From: Octopus sinensis
Taxonomy: Eukaryota
Assembly (NCBI RefSeq): GCF_006345805.1
Contig: NC_042998.1
Location: 164,362,001 to 164,426,000 of the forward strand
Direction: 5' to 3'
Length of the DNA: 64,000 nt
Part shown: piece by piece, positions 60,961 to 64,000 of the stretch
Layout of the letters: each line of letters starts with the position of its first letter
Numbering within the stretch: position 1 is the stretch's first letter
Translations under genes and position numbers: made by a program
Notes under the pieces: generated by a model
Told to the model about the DNA's origin: nothing
Databases searched by the model: none
What the model saw: the letters and a program-made list of their open reading frames with translations, nothing else

Positions 60961-62325
60961 GAGTCCGTCCTTTTCATGGCGATATGAAGAGGATCAATGT
61001 AGGTTTGACTACTATTTATGCCAGGTCGAACTATTACGCAGAAGCGCCATTATCAGACAATAGCGAGATTTTTAAGACCAGAACTGAATTCTCTGCTTGC
61101 CCAAATCATTTTCATTAAGTTTGTCCTTAACGTCCATGTATCTTGTAAAACTTTTAGTTGACCCTTGTTTCATACAAGCTTTCCTTTCATAATTCCTAAG
61201 TGACTCTGGTGGTTAAATTAATTAGGAATGCGTATCATTTATGATGCACGGACACCAGATAATATATTTGGTATGCCACATGTAATACACGAGACTCGCA
61301 AAGAGTTAGAGAGAGAGAAAGAGGAGGTCGAGAATGTTTCTCTTTTCTGACGTTTAAATCTCATCTATTCGACGTTCGTTTTTTTATTTTAAATTTTTAT
61401 TTTATTTGTTTATTTATTTTTATTGCATTTCCTCTGCTATTTTACATATTCCTTAGCATCTCAGATTCATCGACCTATCAGTCCATCCATTGCTCTGCTG
61501 CTTCATTATTCTTCCACGTAATCATTTGTCTTCCAGATCCAGATCCAGCCAGTCAGATCTTGATGGGGCAAACTTATTGTCTAAAGGAGTTTCGCTCATG
61601 ACCAATGTAATTTTCACAATTTATCTCAAACCACACGATATAATATGCTCTTTTTTCTTAATGAATGTAGATTTAGATGATGGTGATTTGGTTGTTTCTA
61701 GTAGAAACAACAGCCATTGGCTCATACGCACACGCGCACACAAACACACACACAAACACACATACAGCGACAGTTACACCTCTTGCACTCGGAGAACTGC
61801 ACACACAGAACGTATTAACTGAAAACATATATAAACATAGTGGCATATGGGAGAATAAAATCCCTTTCAAATATGGCATATGTGGCGTGTGTATGTATGT
61901 TAATGCATGTGCATATATGTGTGTGCGCATACACACACACACACACACACATACACACACACACACACACAAGTGGGACAAGAGAAAACTAGAATCAAAA
62001 TGCTCTTACTCTCCCACTTTCTTTCTCTCTCTCACTCTCTCTTTCTCTCTCTCTCTTTCTTTATATATACATACATATTTTTGTATGTGAGTGAGTGTAT
62101 GCGCTTATGTGTGTAAAATGTATATTTCCATATATGTATATATATATATACATATATCTATATATATATACATATATACATATATATATATGAATGTTTA
62201 TATATCTTAACTAGTACCCTTCTTTTTTCTCTCTTTCTCCCTACCCTCCTCCCCACTCACACGAAGACGGCTCTTATACACACACATATATATATACACG
62301 TACACGCACAGAGTTAATGAGTTAT

Positions 62326-62405
<80 letters not shown>

Positions 62406-63023
62406 GTGTGTACGTACATATATGTGTACGTATGTATATATGCATATCTATATTTATGTGTGTGTGTTTGTGTATGTATTAACATACATAATTCGGCACT
62501 CCTACTCACCATTCGTACTGACATAAATGCGGTTGGCATATAGTTATTACACAAGAAAAATACTCCAACGAAAGTAGTGATCGTCTACGTCAGCCCGTCA
62601 CAATAAAATCCATTAAACAAAATGAGTCAGTTAAGTAACAGAACGTTGACTCTCCGCCATTTTGCTCTAACATCATAAAATGAATTATCGTCTATTCTTG
62701 TTTCTTTGGGGTTTTTCTTTCTTTCTTTCTTTTTTTTTTTTTTACTTTTCTTTCATTATTCCTAAAATCTTGAAAGAGAACTTACTAACGCAGATCCCAT
62801 TTTGGGGCTATTCAGAACCGAACTGAACTAACGTCAGTTATTTTTGAGTTATGGAATGCTAATGTACATCAGAGACATTGTTGGTCGTTATAATTGAGTT
62901 TATCTAAAAATTAGCTTTAATCGTAGGTAATTAAGTCACAGGACTAAATGACCTAATGGTTTCTCTTTTCACTTATATTTCTTAAATTAGCAGTCTTGTC
63001 TCACTAATGGTAGTTTAACCCTT

Positions 63024-63905
63024 AATCCGTTGTTTTTCAACGTGGGGACTATATGGCTTCAAGGAGGTCATGACAAAGTTCAGTGGGGCCTCGGAAATCT
63101 TTGGAATTAGTTGGGGCACAGGCTCAATGAATGAAGCCATGCAACTACAACTCCGTCTCTTTTTAAATTTTTCAAAAACCTTCATACGCACACACAAACA
63201 CATACGCATACACACAATGTATTTTCAATATCTTAAGTTCCGTCATGACAAAAAAAAAAAGCAAAAAAAACTTCATTTGACACTTCGATGATAATTTATT
63301 ATTGATGAATAAAGAATCAAGTAGGCATTTTGAAAGTCTTGTATGAATTAAATATTATGTTACTGCTTTGAAGTTCATGCATCCGGTGACAATCCTTTAG
63401 GGTAAATGCCTGCGTCGCCTCGTTGAACTTTGGAACAGCGTTGTAATGTTTTTGAATGGAAAACAGCTTGGAGAAGAAATACAAACTGCCAAATTTGAAG
63501 TATTCTACCTTTCAAATATACTTGAAAAGCTGAATTTGCTAAACAAACAGCTACAAGGTAAAAGTGCAAATGTTTTAATTTACAAAGAGGCTACAAATGG
63601 AAAAATTCATCTTTTCTGGATAAATATTAGGCATAAGGAGTAGATGCATTTTCCAACCCTTGCTTCTGCCGAGGAGGAGTTGCAAGAGGACGCACATTGA
63701 ACACGTGAATAAATTGCACAATGATATGCAAATTAGATTCAAAGATCTCCTGAAACGAACATTCCAAGTTGGGTGTTAGACTTATTTGAGTCAAATACAA
63801 CAAATGTTGATATCAGATGACCAGAAATCCATATTGAGCTGCAAAGTAATCAAACTGCTCAAGTTAAATTTAACCTTATGAACAAGGAGTGAAATTGCTA
63901 TGAAA
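63024..63905 (+). pseudogene. Decayed hAT (Charlie/Buster, ZBED5/SCAND3-like) transposon
   Basis: GKCLRRLVELWNSVVMFL..FYLSNILEKLNLLNKQLQG..HFPTL..IPSWVLDLF at 63400-63800. A possible decayed TIR lies near 63024. Confidence 0.75.
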
Positions 63906-63935
63906 TTTCCATTGCTTCGACAGGAAATTAAATTA

Positions 63936-64000
63936 TATATTTCTTTACTACCCACAAGGGGCTAAACATAGAGGGGACAAACAAAGACAGACAGAGGGAT
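63936..64000 (-). mobile_element. SINE family A tail (cut by window edge)
   Basis: atttctttactacccacaaggggctaaacatagaggggacaaac matches the reverse complement of the tail at 37560-37596. Confidence 0.85.

Noticed and set aside
61540-61610. Possible plus-strand micro-exon (ttccag|...|gtaatt)
   Set aside because: Weak donor, only one open frame, no recognisable peptide and no supporting neighbouring exons.

Overview
AT-rich, microsatellite-saturated animal genomic DNA. The repeat complement (several tRNA-derived SINE families, R4/Dong, RTE, CR1, Penelope-related repeats, non-autonomous Helitrons) best fits an octopus or other coleoid cephalopod; this is my inference, not a database result. No complete host gene is visible, only one candidate first coding exon on the minus strand (19656-19757). 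The largest intact feature is a 4.25-kb Ty3/Gypsy LTR retrotransposon on the minus strand (54382-58628). It has near-identical LTRs, a 5-bp target-site duplication (TSD), a GGGAAAC slippery site plus pseudoknot for a -1 gag-pol frameshift, and a single 1-nt frameshift in pol. It lacks a normal TGG-type primer-binding site (PBS). The 12 nt abutting its 5' LTR are instead exactly complementary to the first 12 nt of animal tRNA-Phe(GAA), suggesting an unusual priming mechanism. The second notable system is a family of ~490-500-bp hammerhead-ribozyme-bearing repeats (37.1-39.7 kb, 41.5-41.9 kb, 60.3-60.8 kb). These sit in (TA)n tracts, show covarying stems and share a non-canonical stem II closing position. 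The rest is decayed transposons (CR1, maT/Tc1, hAT, piggyBac, RTE, R4/Dong, Penelope GIY-YIG), MITEs, Helitron derivatives, SINEs, simple repeats and one 100-N gap. Most ORFs in the supplied track are microsatellite translation artefacts.
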